From: an uncultured Planctomycetota bacterium
Lineage (GTDB): Bacteria; Planctomycetota; Planctomycetia; Gemmatales; Gemmataceae
Assembly (NCBI GenBank): GCA_963849325.1
Contig: CAWKHF010000012.1
Span: 352,001-416,000 of the forward strand
Direction: 5' to 3'
Length of the DNA stretch: 64,000 nt
Shown: piece by piece, positions 11,635 to 24,528 of the stretch
How the letters are laid out: each line of letters opens with the position of its first letter
Position numbering within the stretch: position 1 is the stretch's first letter
Notes under the pieces: model-generated
What the model was told of the DNA's origin: nothing
The model's input: only the letters and a program-made list of their open reading frames with translations
Database searches by the model: none
Made by a program: the position numbers and the translations under genes

Positions 11635-14600
11635 ATGCCCCACGCCATGCCATCCAGCAAACGTCCGGTCCTGGATGGCACGATGCTCCGGCAACGACTG
11701 GCCGCCTTGCGGCGACGCATGCGGCTGGTGGCGACCGTCCGCGGAGCCGGCTTGCTGCTCACGGTCTGGCTGGCCACGGCCGCCGTCGCCGGACTGATCG
11801 ACTGGCGCTGGCACCTGCCGGCCCTGGTGCGGGCCGTCGTCCTCGTCGGCACTCTCGTCGGCGGTATTATCGTCGCCTATCGCTATCTCTTCCGTCCCCT
11901 GAGCGGTCCCAGCGACGATCTGAGCCTGGCCCTGCGCGTCGAGGAGGAGTACCCCGCGCTCAACGACGCCCTGGCCAGTACGGTGCAGTTCCTCGAACGC
12001 GGCACGGCTACGGAATCGTCCTCCGCCGCCCTGGAGCGCGAAGCGGTCAAACGCGCCCTCGCCCGTGCTTCCGGCTGCGATTTCGGCAAGGTTGTCAACC
12101 AGCGCGGACTGGTGTGGGCCGGCGTCTCGGGCGGCGTCTCCACGGTGTTCGCCCTGGTGCTGGTCCTGCTCGCGCCGACCCTGGCCATGACGGCCCTGCT
12201 GCGCCTCGCCAATCCGTTCGGCGAACACGATTGGCCGAAGAAGACGCAACTGGAGATCGAGCCGCCGCGCCTGCGCATCGGCCGCAACGAGGCGTTTGAG
12301 GTGCGCGGCCGGGTCCACGGCGTTATCCCGCCGCAGGCGACCATCGTCTTCCGCTTCGAGGGCTTCCCCAACCTCGAACATCACAGCGACATCAAGACCG
12401 ACGAATCCGGTGGCGGCCGTCTGGCCACACGCCTCGAAGCGGGCCGGGTGCAGCGCAACTTCCGCTTCCAGGTGCGGGCCAACGATGCCGTCAGCCCGGA
12501 ATATCACGTCGAGGTGCTGCCGCCGCCCACGCTCGTCGCGCTGGACAGCAAGCCCTCGCCGCAGCTGCAGCTTTCTTATCCCGCCTATACCGGCCTGCCG
12601 TCGCCGGACACGCTCTCGCCGGGCACCGGCAACATCGACGCGGTGGCCGGCACCGTCGCACGACTCCGCGCTCGCGCCGATCGGCCGCTGAAACAAGCCT
12701 GGATCGAGTATCAGCCGGAAGATCCCAGCGCCGTGCTGGCCGTGGACCTCGCTCCGCTGGGCGGAGCGGATGCTCTCACGACGGCCGCCCTGTACGCCGG
12801 CCGCGGGGCCTGGCCGCGCGTGGACGCCGTACTCGACGCGGATCGCTGTACCTTCACGCTCGACTTCACGCCGGCCATCAATGGCATGTACGCGCTGCAC
12901 TTCGAGGACGAGAGCGGCCTGCGCAATAGCCGCCTGTTCGAGCTGCGTCTGCACCCCGACCCGGCGCCGACGGTAGATCTCGAACGGCCCTCGCCGAGCC
13001 GCGACATCCTCAGCGTGCTGCCCACCGCCGAGTTGACGCTGGAAGTGCTGGCCGACGATCCGCAATATGCCGTTCGCTCGGTGTTCCTCGAATACCGCAC
13101 CCAGCACGACGAACAACCGCGGCGCCTGTACCTCTACGATCCCGCGACCGGGCCGGCGCCGCTGCTGTCGCCGTGGACCGGACCGGCGATGCTGGCCGCG
13201 CCGGCGATGCCGCTGCGGCCGCGGCGACTGGAGTTCCAGCGAAAGCTGCCCTTGCAGTCGCTCCGCCATGCCGACGGCAGCAGCCTCAAGGAAGACGACG
13301 TCGTCTTCCTCCGCGCCTGCGCCGATGACTTCGACGACGTCACGCGTCAACAAGGAACCCGGCCGCAGTCACGAGGTCGAAATCCGCATCGTCGGCCGCA
13401 ATGCGCTCGACCTCGCCCTCAACCAGGAGCAGGCCAACGTCCAGCAAGAGCTTCTGCGTCTGCGCGAGAAGGAACGCGAGGCGATCCAGAAAGTGACCGA
13501 GGTTGAGAACCGGCTCAAAAAGGGCGAGAAGCTCGGTGCCGAGGACCAGGAGAAATTGCTGCAAGCCGAGCAGACTTCAGCAGCAGATCCGCGAGCACGT
13601 CGGCGACGAAAAGGACGGTCTGCGCGGCGAATTGAAGCGCATCCTGGAGGCGCTCAAGCAAAACGGCATGGAGAAGACCGCCGTCCAGGAACGCATGACG
13701 CGACGTTTCCCGCGAGATGAACCGCCTGGCCGAAAATGAGCTGCAACAGATCGAGCCGCGCCTGACCAACGCCCGCAAGCTCGCCGAGCTGCTGGAAGAG
13801 AAGGCCCGCGAGGAACGCAAGGCCCAGCTCGAAGCGCGGGCCAAGGAGGCCGAGCAGGAAGCGCGGGCGTCCGAGGAGGCGGCCGACAAGAAAGAACGCG
13901 AGGCCGCCAAGGCCGAGAAGAAGGCCGAGCAGAGCACCAGCGCCGCCGACAAGGTGCGCCATCGCCAGGAAGCCAAACGACAGCGCGAACGGGCCGAGGA
14001 ACTGCGCCAGCAGGCCCGCGAGCGGCGACAGCAGGCCGAGCGCGACCGCCGCGACGCCGACCAGACGCCGGATCCGACTCAGCCGCGCAGGGCACTCGCC
14101 GAGGCCCGCAAGGCGCAAGAGGAAGTCGAAAAGACCCTCAACGACCTGCTCACGCGCCGCCTGGAGCCGTGGGCCAGTTCCCACGAGATCAAGGGCGAGG
14201 CCAACCGTCTGCTGGCAGGAGCAGAAACGCTTGCAGGCCGAGCTGGAAAACAGCAGGAACAGGAAGACGAGGACTTCTCCGGCAAGAAACTGGAAGAGTT
14301 GAACCCGCGACAGCGGGCCGAGCTGGAGAACCTCAGGGAAGCTCAGCAGAAGTTGGAGGAACGCACCCGGCAACTGCTGGACAAGATGGACCGTGTCGCC
14401 AAGGAGCGCGAGGAGAAGGATCCGGAGACCGCCCGCGAGCTGCGCGATGCCCTCGAGCAGGCCCAGCAGGACAACATCGGCGACAAGATGAAGGAGGCCC
14501 GCGAGCAGATCGAGCAGAACAATCTGAACGGTGCCCAGGACAGCCAGAAGGAGAGCATCCGGGACCTGAAAAAGCTGGTCAAGAACCTCGAAGACCGCCG

Positions 14601-15719
14601 CGAGGCCGAGCTGGATCGGCTGGCCAAGAAGCTGCGCGAGAAGGAGAAGGAGTTGGCCGAACTCATCAAGGAGCAGGAGGAACTGCAGAAAAAGGTCAAG
14701 GAGGCCGGCAAGATCGGCGATAAGGCCGAGCGGGAGGAGGAACTGAAACGGCTGGCCGGCAAGCAGAAGGAATTGAAGAAGAAAACGGAAGACATGGTGC
14801 GGCAGTTGACGCGCATGCGTGCCTCGCGGGCCGGCCAGACGCTGACCAAAGCCGGCGAGCAGATGGAAGGTGCCCACCAGCAGATGACGGACGGACAGCA
14901 GGGCGAGGACGAACAAGAGGAAGCACTCGACCGGCTCAACGAGGCAAAGAGAGAGCTGGAACGTGCCCGCAAGGAAGCCGAGGAAGAACTGGGCCGCGAA
15001 CAACTTGGCCGTCTCGCCGACCTCATCAAGCGCGTGAAGGAACGTCAGGAAGCCCTCAACGCCGAGACCCGCGCCTTCAGGATGACCTGCAGCGAACGGC
15101 TAGGTGGACGCGCGGGATGAAAGGGAGTTTATCGGCCAACAGCCGGGCGCAGAAGGCGCTGGGTGCGGAGACAGAGGAGGTCGCATCCAAGCGGTTGACC
15201 GGCGCCCCGGTGTTCGCTCGTCTCGTGCGCCGCGCCGCCGAGGCCATGACCGATGCCAGCCAGCGGATGGATGACATCTTTCAGGAAGTAAAGGGAGAGG
15301 AGTCCGACCCCAAGAAGTTGCCCGACGCGGAACTCGGCCGCCAGCAGCAACTCGCTCTCCGCCGTCTCAACCAGGTGGTCGATGCGCTCAAGGAAGCCGC
15401 CGAGAAAATGCAGCAGGCCAAAGGCGGCGGCGGCAGAAGTGGCGGCGAGGGAGGCGGGAGCGGGGGCGGAGGAAGCGGCGCTCCCGGCGACAGCATTCCG
15501 CCGCTGGCCCAGCTGAAGCTGCTGCGCGATCTGCAGAAGGACATCAACCAGCGCACCGAGGCGTTCAAGAAACAGCACCCGGACCTGAAAAAACTCGAAG
15601 ACAAGGACAAGGCCGAACTGCAAGCGATCCGCAAGGATCAGCAGGATGTGGCCGAGTTGATCGACGAACTGAACCGCCCCGCCGGGGAGCCGGGCGCCGC
15701 GGAAGGAGAGAAGAAATGA
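11635..15719 (+). CDS. Large membrane-anchored coiled-coil protein (DUF4175-like); several indels
   Basis: N-terminal TMs, LALRVEEEYPALNDALASTVQF, Ig-like middle, long E/K/Q/R-rich coils, LAQLKLLRDLQKDINQRT end; stitched from four or five ORFs. Confidence 0.75.
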
Positions 15720-16689
15720 CGAAGCGTTTGCTGCCCGTGCTGCTCGCCGGCTTGGTCTGCCTCGCCGGAATGGTCCTGGCCGATGAACCCGCCGGGCCGG
15801 ACGAACCGCCGGTGCGACTCAAAAAGAAGAAACCGCGCGGCGAGGACAAGCCGAAGACCGAGCCAAACAAGCCCGACGAGAAGAAAAAGGACGACAACAA
15901 GAAGGAACAACCCAAGGCGGAACCCCGCGAGGCGGAACCGGTGACGCCGCAGGAGGAAGACAAGGAAGTCTTGCAGCGGGTCGTCAAGAACGCTCAAACC
16001 GTCGAGGATCGATTGGCGAAGAACGACCTCGGCGAAGGCACCCTGCAGACGCAGCGCGACATGCTCAAGGACATCGAATCGCTCATCCACCGGAGCGAGA
16101 ACCCTCCTCCGCAGAGCGGCGGACAGCAGGAGCCGAATAACGGCGGAGGCGGAGGTGATGACCAGGAGCCGATGGACAACAAGGACCAGCAAGCCGGGGA
16201 GGAGGCGGTCAACAGCCCAAGAATCAGCAGGGCGTTGGGCGCAGGCCACAGCCGCGGAGGGGCACGGGCAACAGCGGAAAGACTCGTGGTCAACAGAGCC
16301 AGGGCCGCTCCGGCAGCGGAAAGGCCGAGACTCGTCCGGGTAAGGACGAGAAGCCCGGCGGCCAGCAAGGCGGCAAGAAACCCGGTGGTCCCCAACCCGG
16401 CGGCGACAAGCCCGGTGAGAAAGGCGACTCCGGCCAGGGCGACGGCGGCAAGAAGCCGGGTGGCCGCAACGGCAAGGGCGGCAACGGCGGCGGAGGCGGC
16501 GACCGCGACGACCACGTCCGCAACCGCAACGCCGACCTGTACAAGGACGTCTGGGGCCATCTGCCCGAAACGCTCCGCGCCCGGATGGACGCCTACTCGA
16601 ACCCGCAACCGTTCCTGCCGAAGTATGATGATCTGATCAAGCGTTATTATCGCACCATCGCCGAGCAGGGCCGCCGTAAGGGAGAGTGA
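15716..16689 (+). CDS. Exported hypothetical protein with G/K/Q-rich linker; indel near 16200
   Basis: Signal peptide; C-terminal DVWGHLPETLRARMD...PKYDDLIKRYYRTIAE* in the shifted frame; ATGA overlap with the upstream gene. Confidence 0.7.
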
Positions 16690-16691
16690 AG

Positions 16692-17809
16692 ATGTGGACG
16701 CGCCGTCAGTTTTTGTCGCGCGGCGGACTGGCCGCCCTGGGCACGGCCGGCACCTGTTTCGCCCTGCCCGGCGACGACCGCGACGCCGGCGACGGCCGCG
16801 AGGCCGTGCCGGACGGCTCGGCCTCCAAGGGCATGATTACGCCCAAGACCGATGAGGCCATCGACCGCGGCCTGGCCTTCCTCAATGCGCACGCCAACCG
16901 CGAAGGTTACTTCGGCACCGGCGGCTACACCGGCAATGTGGCCGTGACGAGTCTGGCGGCGATGGCCTTCATGGCCGCCGGCAACCTGCCCAACCGCGGC
17001 CCCTACGGCCGCCTCGTCACCAACGCCCTGAAGTTCGTCCTGCTCCAGGAAAACCGCGACCGCTCCCACCCCGGCTTTCTGCACAACCCCAGCGCCTCGC
17101 CGCACGGCCCGATGTACGGCCACGGCTTCGCCACTCTGTTTCTGGCCGAGGCGTCCGGCATGGTCCACGACAAGGCCCTGCGCGAGGACGTCAACAAGAA
17201 ACTGCACGCGGCCGTCAAGCTGATCCTCGACAGCCAGAACTTCGAGGGCGGCTGGCGTTACATGCCGGGAAGCAAGGACGCCGACCTGTCGGTGACAATT
17301 TGTCAGATCATGGCCTTGCGCGCTGCTCGCAACGCCGGCATCGCCGTGCCGCGTTCCAAGGTCGATAAGTGCGTCGAGTACGTCAAGGGCTGCCAGGACC
17401 GTCGCGAGGGCTGGTTCCGCTACATGAAGCAGGGCGGCGGAGGCGGCGGCGCCCAGGGTTTCGCTCGCACCGCCGCCGGCGTCTGCGCCCTGTACAGCGC
17501 CGGCATCTACAAGGGGCGAGGAGATCGAAGGCGGGCCTGGATTTCCTGCGCCGTTCGCGGCCGATGATCGGCGGTTTCGGCCGGCCCGACATGCACTATT
17601 TCTACGGCCATTACTACGCCGTGCAGGCCATGTGGACGGCCGGCGGACGCTACTGGTCCGAGTGGTATCCCGCCATCCGCGACGAGCTGCTCAGCCGGCA
17701 GGGGCTGGACGGTTCGTGGATGGACCAGATTTGCAGCCACTACGCCACGGCCATGGCCTGCATCATCTTGCAAGTGCCCAACAACTATTTGCCGATCTTG
17801 CAGAAGTAA
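16692..17809 (+). CDS. Prenyltransferase/squalene-cyclase repeat protein with Tat signal; indel near 17520
   Basis: TRRQFL; AIDRGLAFL; MYGHGFATLFLAE; SQNFEGGWRY; DLSVTICQIMALRAA; YFYGHYYAVQAMW; QGLDGSW. Confidence 0.88.
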
Positions 17810-17897
17810 CGAGGGGCTTTCAGGGAAGGAGGGGCGTCCCGCCCGAGGACGCCACGGGTCCAAGGGAACGGACGGTATTGCTCGGGGGAGGATACCC

Positions 17898-18242
17898 GTG
17901 GCGAACCCCGCTGGCTCCCCTGTTCCCCATCTGACCCCGGGACCGCCGCGGCAAATGCTCGACGAGGCGATTCAGCAAGTCAAGCAGTTGCCGAGTGACG
18001 CCGCGCAGCGGGCCGATGCCTTTGAAGCTCTCGCCGGGCAGATCGCGCGGCATTCGGGAGGCGCGTGGGATGCCGCTCGTGGCCTCGGCACCGATGGCTC
18101 TATCATCTTCCTGGGCCGGCAAGGCGAAGGACTCGTGGTCAGGCCCGATGAGCAGATCTTTCGAGGAGCGCTGGGCAGAGGTATTGACGTAACGCCGGAC
18201 GGGTTGCTTCCCAACTTCCATCTACTGAAACCCCTCGATTAA
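17898..18242 (+). CDS. Hypothetical protein, resembles a stand-alone polymorphic-toxin tip domain
   Basis: GGAGG RBS, GTG start, 114 aa, intact. Confidence 0.6.
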   Translation: MANPAGSPVPHLTPGPPRQMLDEAIQQVKQLPSDAAQRADAFEALAGQIARHSGGAWDAARGLGTDGSIIFLGRQGEGLVVRPDEQIFRGALGRGIDVTPDGLLPNFHLLKPLD

Positions 18243-18255
18243 CTCGGAGGCAACG

Positions 18256-18519
18256 ATGACCAAACAAGGCACTCTTGTTCATGCTGAGGAAGCGTTTCGA
18301 TTTATTGAACAAATAGACGATCCGGTAACCAGATGTTTGACCAACATGACTTTGGTGCATCTGGTGAAGAAAGTCCACTTCGACCGGCGTGACCTGCCGT
18401 GCTCGGATGTCGATATGTTGTTTTTGGCAACCGCTCTCAAGGACTTTTTTGCCGAACACGACGTACTCGCCCGCACACTCGCCGGAGAAAAGGTCGGCGC
18501 CTGGTTCGACGAGGCGTAA
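18256..18519 (+). CDS. Hypothetical 87-aa protein, candidate immunity protein
   Basis: GGAGG RBS, 13 bp after the previous stop, visibly more AT-rich than its flanks. Confidence 0.6.
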   Translation: MTKQGTLVHAEEAFRFIEQIDDPVTRCLTNMTLVHLVKKVHFDRRDLPCSDVDMLFLATALKDFFAEHDVLARTLAGEKVGAWFDEA

Positions 18520-18547
18520 CGGTAGAGGAGACGTCGGCCGGTCGCCC

Positions 18548-20624
<2,077 letters not shown>

Positions 20625-20902
20625 AGTTTGCCCAGTTCGTGCCGAGACGGAAGCGAAACGATTGCCTGTCCGAACATGATCGATTCCATGATGCCAGCGG
20701 CGTATCAGGGTGTAAGCGACGACCCGTTCCTACCGAGTTGTTATCGGAAATCGGGACCGTATTCCGCCTCCCAGGCGACGACTTTCTTGCCAACGGCGCA
20801 CCCGCCTAGTTGGGATACTTAGCAAATTGAGTTCCGAGAATGAGCGAATGGTGGGAGACCTCTTAAGGCCGTGAGGTGCGATCGCGCAGCTCATATGGAA
20901 GA

Positions 20903-20919
20903 AAGGAACGCGAATTGCG
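20903..20919 (+). promoter_or_regulatory. Candidate sigma-54 -24/-12 promoter for csbD
   Basis: AGGAAC-GCGAA-TTGC (GG-N10-GC), about 50 bp before the ATG. Confidence 0.4.
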
Positions 20920-20967
20920 ACAGGAAGAAAGGCGCCCGCCCTATGACCTTCCCGAAAAGGAGAAAGT

Positions 20968-21171
20968 ATGAATTGGGACTATCTCAAGGGAAACTGGAAG
21001 CAGATGACCGGCAAGGTCAAACAGAAATGGGGCAAGCTGACCGACGACGACCTCACCGTCGTCGCCGGTAAGCGCGATGAACTCCTGGGTAAGATCCAGG
21101 AGCGTTACGGTCTGGGCAAAGACGAGGCGGAGAAGCAACTCGATGAGTTCACGCGCTCTCTGAGTTCGTAA
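20968..21171 (+). CDS. csbD: CsbD/YjbJ-family stress protein
   Basis: MNWDYLKGNWKQMTGKVKQKWGKLTDDDL..GKRDELLGKIQERYG; AGGAG RBS. Confidence 0.92.
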   Translation: MNWDYLKGNWKQMTGKVKQKWGKLTDDDLTVVAGKRDELLGKIQERYGLGKDEAEKQLDEFTRSLSS

Positions 21172-21186
21172 CGGCGGAAGCTTTGG

Positions 21187-21271
21187 CGAGCGGCCCCAAC
21201 CGAGCCGCGACCGTTAGAGAGCGGGAGAAAGCACCGCTCTCTAACGGTCGCGGCTCGGTTGGGGCCGCTCG
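21187..21271. repeat. REP-like palindrome family B between convergent genes
   Basis: 38-bp arms containing gagccgcgaccgttagagagcgg / ccgctctctaacggtcgcggctc. Confidence 0.85.
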
Positions 21272-21274
21272 TCC

Positions 21275-22869
21275 TTACTCCGAGGCGAACAACTGATAAT
21301 CCAGCTTGGGGAACAACGCATCCATGTATTCCAGCGCCTGCAAGCGTGCCGGATCGATCTCCCGGCGATCGAGGCGGGACAGCAGGTCGTGGAAGCGGTG
21401 CATGTGGTCGTGGAAGCGGCGGCGGGCGTACTGCTCGGTGGTGCCGTTGGTGATGATGAAGGGCCAGTCGGAGGCCTGGGCGAGCATCAATTCGCGGCCG
21501 GCCTGTCGCAGCGCGCGGTCCTCCAGGCTTCCCAGCGATGGGCAGGGATGTGCCCGCACCGTCTGCCGCATCCGCGCCGCCGCCTCGTGCAGCGGCCGCC
21601 ACATCCATTCGGTCTTCGGGATTGACCCAGTGCTCGCTGTAGCCGTTGCGGCCCCAGCTGCTCGCCGCCGGCATGCCGCGCTGCTGCACCGGATAGGCGG
21701 CCAGGTAGTCGCCCGGCGTGGACAGCTCCAGGTCGCCGCCGCTGCGACAGCTCGCGCAGGACGTGGTAGATCCACTGCGGTCCCTCGAACCACCAGTGGC
21801 CGAACAGCTCCGCGTCGTAGGGCGAGACGATGGTGCAGGGGAACGGCATGCCGCCGCCGGCGCGGCGGGCCTGCTCGCGGCAGCGGTTGGCGAAGTCGTG
21901 GGCGTGCCGCACCGCGGCCTCGCGCGCCCCAATCCGGATTATACAGAGCTTTATGGTCCGTCTTGCCGGTGATGCGATGATACTTGATGCCCGTGTTCTG
22001 ACGGACGCCCTCGGCGTACTGGTACGGTTCGAGATAGTCCGCGTCCAGGTCGAAGCCGATGTCGCGGTAGTATTCGCGGTAGTTGGGATCGGCGGGGTAG
22101 CCGACGCTGGTACTCCAGACCAGTTTGGAGGTCATCGGATGCCGGCCGAAGGCGGCCACGCCGGAGGGACAGTAGACGCGGGGCGTGAACGCCGAACAGC
22201 GGCGCCGGCTCGGCGTGCTCGATGCCGTGGCCGTCCACCAGGAAATAGCGGATGCCGGCCTCGGCCAGCACCTCATCCAGGCCCGGATAGAAGGCGCATT
22301 CCGGCACCCACATGCCCTTGGGCTTGCTGCCGAAGATGCGCGCGTGCTCGTCCACGGCGGTGAAGACCTGGGCGCGCACCGTACCCGGCTCGGAACTTGA
22401 GCAGCGGCAGATAGCCGTGCGTGCCGGCGCAGGTGATCAGCTCCAGGTTGCCCGACTCGGCGTACTGCTGGAAGGCCGTCACCAGGCGCGTGCCGCAGCG
22501 CTCCACGAAGGTCGTCCGCGCCTCCTCGAACAGCCGGCGATACATCCGGGCCAGCGGATTGACGTCCGGCCAATCCTTGGTCCGCTCGCACTCCTTCTCG
22601 GCCAGGCTCAGCGACAGATCGAGGTGGCGCACGCAGCGCTGACGCAGCAGCGGATCTTCCATCATGTTCGCCAGCGTCGGCGAGATGGACAGCGTCAGCT
22701 TGAACGGGACGCCCTCGGCCTGCAGGCGGTCGAAGAACTTGATGAGCGGGATGTAGGTCTCGGTGACCGCCTCGAAGAACCAGCGTTCTTCCAGGAAGCG
22801 GTCGTACTCGGGATGGCGGACGTAGGGCAGATGGGCGTGCAGAACCAGCAGCAAATATCCCTTCGGCAT
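21275..22869 (-). CDS. GH57 1,4-alpha-glucan branching enzyme (DUF1957-type); indels
   Basis: LVLHAHLPYVRHPE, ETYIP, THGYLPLL, GMWVPECAF, PYDAELFGHWWFEGP, ELMLAQASDWPFI. Confidence 0.92.
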
Positions 22870-22890
22870 GATGATCCTCAAAGAAGAGAA

Positions 22891-23025
22891 CACCACGGAA
22901 AACACGGAACACACGGAAAAAAAGAGAAGGGGATGAGAGAGTATCCGCTTATGGGCGACGAAAGCGATTCTTCTGTCTTCTTATCTCTTTTGTCTTTTTC
23001 CGTGTTTTCCGTGTTTTCCGTGGTG
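22891..23025. repeat. Inverted pair of 9-mer tandem arrays (CACGGAAAA)x3 ... (TTTTCCGTG)x3
   Basis: caccacggaaaacacggaacacacggaaaa at 22891-22920 and its reverse complement at 22996-23025, with an AT-rich spacer. Confidence 0.85.
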
Positions 23026-23033
23026 AATGTATG

Positions 23034-24477
23034 TTATCCTTTTACGGCGACGCCCATCAATTCTTCGATCTGCTCGGCGACGTTGTTCCAGCCGAAGCGT
23101 TCCTCCAGCTTGTCGCGGCCTTTCTGTCCGAGGGTTGCGCCCAGGTTCGGCGTCGTACAGGATGCGTTCGATGCCCCAGACGAAGCTCTGCTCGACGGGG
23201 TAGACGAGCACGCTGTCGCGTTCGTGTTCGAGCAGTCCCGGGGCGGCCTGGTGCGTGGCGACCACGGGACGGCGAGCGGCCCAGCCGGCCTGGATCGGCC
23301 ACCACGGCGTCGATTCGCGGCTCGGCACCGCGAGGATGTCGGCGGCCTGCGATCAATTCGTGCAGCGCCTGATCGACGACGCTGCCGGGAAAGCGGATGG
23401 CGTGGTCCAGCAGCAGGTAGCGCGCGTACACGCGCAGCGTCCAGTACAGCGGGCCGTCGCCGACGAGGATGAGACGCGCCTGTGGATGGTTCTTGAGGAT
23501 CGGCCGGCATGGCCTTGACGAGCAGGTCCGGGCCGTAGCGCTCGCTCAGGTCGCCGACGTAGAGGATGGTGGGATCGATCGGGCCGACCTGGTAGCGGGC
23601 CTTGACCTGGCCGGGATCGAGTCTTGCTGTTGAACTGCGGCGACGGGGAACGGCTGGCGAGCGGCGACGAGACGTGCGGCGCAATCGGGCACCCAGAAGC
23701 TGGCCGCCTCGGAGGCGGCTGGCTGCTGGCTGAGAACCACCTGCGACTCGCGCAGGGTCGTCTGCTCCAGCTCGTCGATGCGCTTGCTGATCTCCGCGGT
23801 CATGTCGCTGCGCTGGCGCTCCAGCGAATTGAACGAGAAGATCGTGCGGTTGTTCTTGAGGCCGCGCAGCAGGCCAAGCGGGCCGGCGCCGGACCACTCG
23901 TAACCCATGAGGGTGACGTGCGGACTGCCGCCGGGGAACTCGTGCAGGAAGGCGTTGGCCGCCCGGCTGGTGAACTCCTGCACCTGCTCGAACAGGTCCG
24001 TCGCCCTCGCACGTCGCCGACCGCGATGCTCGTGGACGGCCGGGGAGGTTCGAGCCCGAAGGGTTGGCGCGAAAACAGATGGACGACCGTCTGTCGCCGG
24101 GCCAGGGCGGCGACCGTGTGGGCCACGGACTGGCCGAACGGGCGTGTCCGGGTTTTCCCAGCAGAACACCGCCAGCGCCGGGCGAGAATCGTCCGCCGAC
24201 TTCACGGCGGGAGGTTGATCCGCGACGAGGGAGAGGATCCTCGTCATCCGCATTCTCCCGTTTCCGCTGCTTGCCGCGGCGGCGTTCGCCGGGACCGTTC
24301 GCCGTCGCGTGTCCGTTCGGGGTGTCGGCCCTTCTCCGTGGCGTAGACCTTTTCGGTGGCGTGCCCGTTCTCCGTCGCCTTGTCGTTACCCGGCATGTGG
24401 CCGTTCTCCTTGGCCTCGACGCTGTCGCCGGGGGAGGGGGCCGCGTCTCCGTTTCGGCTCAGGGCAGTGGTACTCAT
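23034..24477 (-). CDS. GT4-family glycosyltransferase-like protein with degenerate active site; indels
   Basis: GPIDPTILYVGDLSERYGPDLL, ILVGDG, AVPSRESTPWWPIQAGW, FGWNNVAEQ; GGAGAGGAG RBS. Confidence 0.8.
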
Positions 24478-24528
24478 CAAGCGATCTCCTCTCCCGGCCA
24501 GGCGGCCGATCGTTGCAGCTTCAACGTG

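Noticed and set aside
16692-17809. Squalene-hopene or oxidosqualene cyclase
   Set aside because: Only about 370 aa, Tat-exported and lacking DxDD/DCTAE; only the repeat fold is supported
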